Assembly: GCA_044224875.1 (NCBI GenBank)
Contig: JBGAJQ010000030.1
Location: 1 to 59,999 of the forward strand
Source: Gemmatimonadaceae bacterium
GTDB lineage: Bacteria > Gemmatimonadota > Gemmatimonadetes > Gemmatimonadales > Gemmatimonadaceae
Direction: 5' to 3'
Length of the DNA: 59,999 bases
In this document: positions 59,182 to 59,999 of the stretch, in pieces
How positions within the stretch are numbered: position 1 is the stretch's first letter
Layout of the letters: the number at the start of each line of letters is the position of its first letter
Translations under genes and position numbers: made by a program
Notes under the pieces: model-generated
Seen by the model: the letters and a program-made list of their open reading frames with translations, nothing else
Told to the model about the DNA's origin: nothing
Databases searched by the model: none

Positions 59182-59253
59182 TCGCCCCAACGGGAGTCGA
59201 ACCCGTCTCTGCACCTTGAAAGAGTGCCGTCCTAACCGATAGACGATGGGGCC
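59182..59253 (-). tRNA. tRNA-Glu(TTC)
   Basis: GCACT CTTTCAA GGTGC; G1-G72 mismatch in the acceptor stem. Confidence 0.92.
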
Positions 59254-59324
59254 GACTTCCGGCAGATCCGCCCTGCCCCGCTCGTCGATCACCAGCCTCA
59301 CACGAGCAGGTCCTGCGCCTTGCA

Positions 59325-59397
59325 TAGCGGTAACGGGATTCGAACCCGTGTTCCAGCCTTGAGAGGGCTGTGTCCTAGTCCCCTAGACGATACCGCC
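59325..59397 (-). tRNA. tRNA-Glu(CTC)
   Basis: CAGCC CTCTCAA GGCTG; complete cloverleaf. Confidence 0.95.
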
Positions 59398-59575
59398 TCC
59401 GATCCCGCCTCCGGCGAGATCGGAGGCGGTACAACCTTCCATTACCTGTCGCATTCGCGGTGCGAATGCTCCTCTTCCCGACGCTAGACGCCGAGTCGAG
59501 CCACCTTCCAGAGCTTCGGCACCGCAGTGGGACGACCACAGCGCCGACCTCGCCACTTCATTCCCTGCAGTACAG

Positions 59576-59648
59576 CAGGCCAGGAGGGACTCGAACCCCC
59601 AACCGCCGGTTTTGGAGACCGGTGCTCTACCAATTGAGCTACTGACCT
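59576..59648 (-). tRNA. tRNA-Trp(CCA)
   Basis: CCGGT CTCCAAA ACCGG; complete cloverleaf. Confidence 0.96.
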
Positions 59649-59726
59649 AGATCTCTAGCTCAGCCAGTCGGCCGGAGCAGAGAGACTCGCGTCTCCCATC
59701 TCCCGTCTCCCGTCTGCTCTTGAAGG

Positions 59727-59801
59727 GGTGACCGAGGGGACTTGAACCCCCAACCCCCGGAGCCACAGTCCGGTGCTCTAACCAATTGAGCTACGGCCAC
59801 C
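59727..59801 (-). tRNA. tRNA-His(GTG)
   Basis: CCGGA CTGTGGC TCCGG; encoded G-1 and C73. Confidence 0.96.
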
Positions 59802-59821
59802 ATACGGTGCGAGGGACCAAC

Positions 59822-59850
59822 ATTCTAAACCGGGCGCCCCCCCGAAACAA
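59822..59850 (-). promoter_or_regulatory. Putative sigma70 promoter of the tRNA cluster
   Basis: TTGTTT (59850-59845), 17-nt spacer, TAGAAT (59827-59822), about 20 nt upstream of tRNA-His. Confidence 0.5.
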
Positions 59851-59888
59851 CCGGGGAAGCTACGCCCAGCCGACGTGATCGGTCCGTC

Positions 59889-59999
59889 TCAGTCCTTCGC
59901 CCGATCGAGGTACTCGCCCGTGCTCGGATTCACGCGCACCCGCTCGCCGGTCCCGATGAATTCCGGCACGTTGATCGTCACGCCGTTCTCCAGCTTGGC
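59889..59999 (-). CDS. efp: Elongation factor P, C-terminal end (partial)
   Basis: Manual translation AKLENGVTINVPEFIGTGERVRVNPSTGEYLDRAKD* matches the EF-P C-terminal signature. Confidence 0.9.
   Translation of the reverse strand, partial: AKLENGVTINVPEFIGTGERVRVNPSTGEYLDRAKD

Noticed and set aside
58884..59801. Lack of encoded CCA in the tRNA genes as a novelty
   Set aside because: Common in many bacteria that add CCA enzymatically.

Overview
High-GC (roughly 66% by eye) bacterial window. The gene content (ADOP permeases with PadR, propeller hybrid sensors, TonB receptor with a carboxypeptidase-regulatory domain) suggests Gemmatimonadota or a relative; this is inference. From left to right it contains: a partial propeller sensor and an Hpt gene; tRNA-Pro flanked by copies of its own 3' and 5' halves; a vapBC-type toxin-antitoxin pair with a consensus promoter and operator; an oxidoreductase, an MCP, a receiver, a LytTR regulator and a doubled LytS-type kinase; a TonB receptor/lipoprotein pair; a chromate/metal cassette (OCD-chrB-chrA, LMW-PTP variant, DUF1259, four-domain multicopper oxidase) bracketed by a 140-bp perfect direct repeat; a hybrid HK/RR/AraC sensor facing two paralogous repeat lipoproteins; tRNA-Gly; an Asp-box protein; PadR-ADOP; a UvrD-DnaQ fusion; DUF72-Ku; a PAS kinase; LigD; GH95; cusABC behind a putative PPPRA stalling leader; a seven-tRNA cluster; and the 3' end of efp. 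The strongest unexplained signal is a dispersed non-palindromic octamer, CGTTAGGC/GCCTAACG. I counted at least 26 exact copies by eye, on both strands and in several reading frames. All gene calls come from motif recognition, not database searches.
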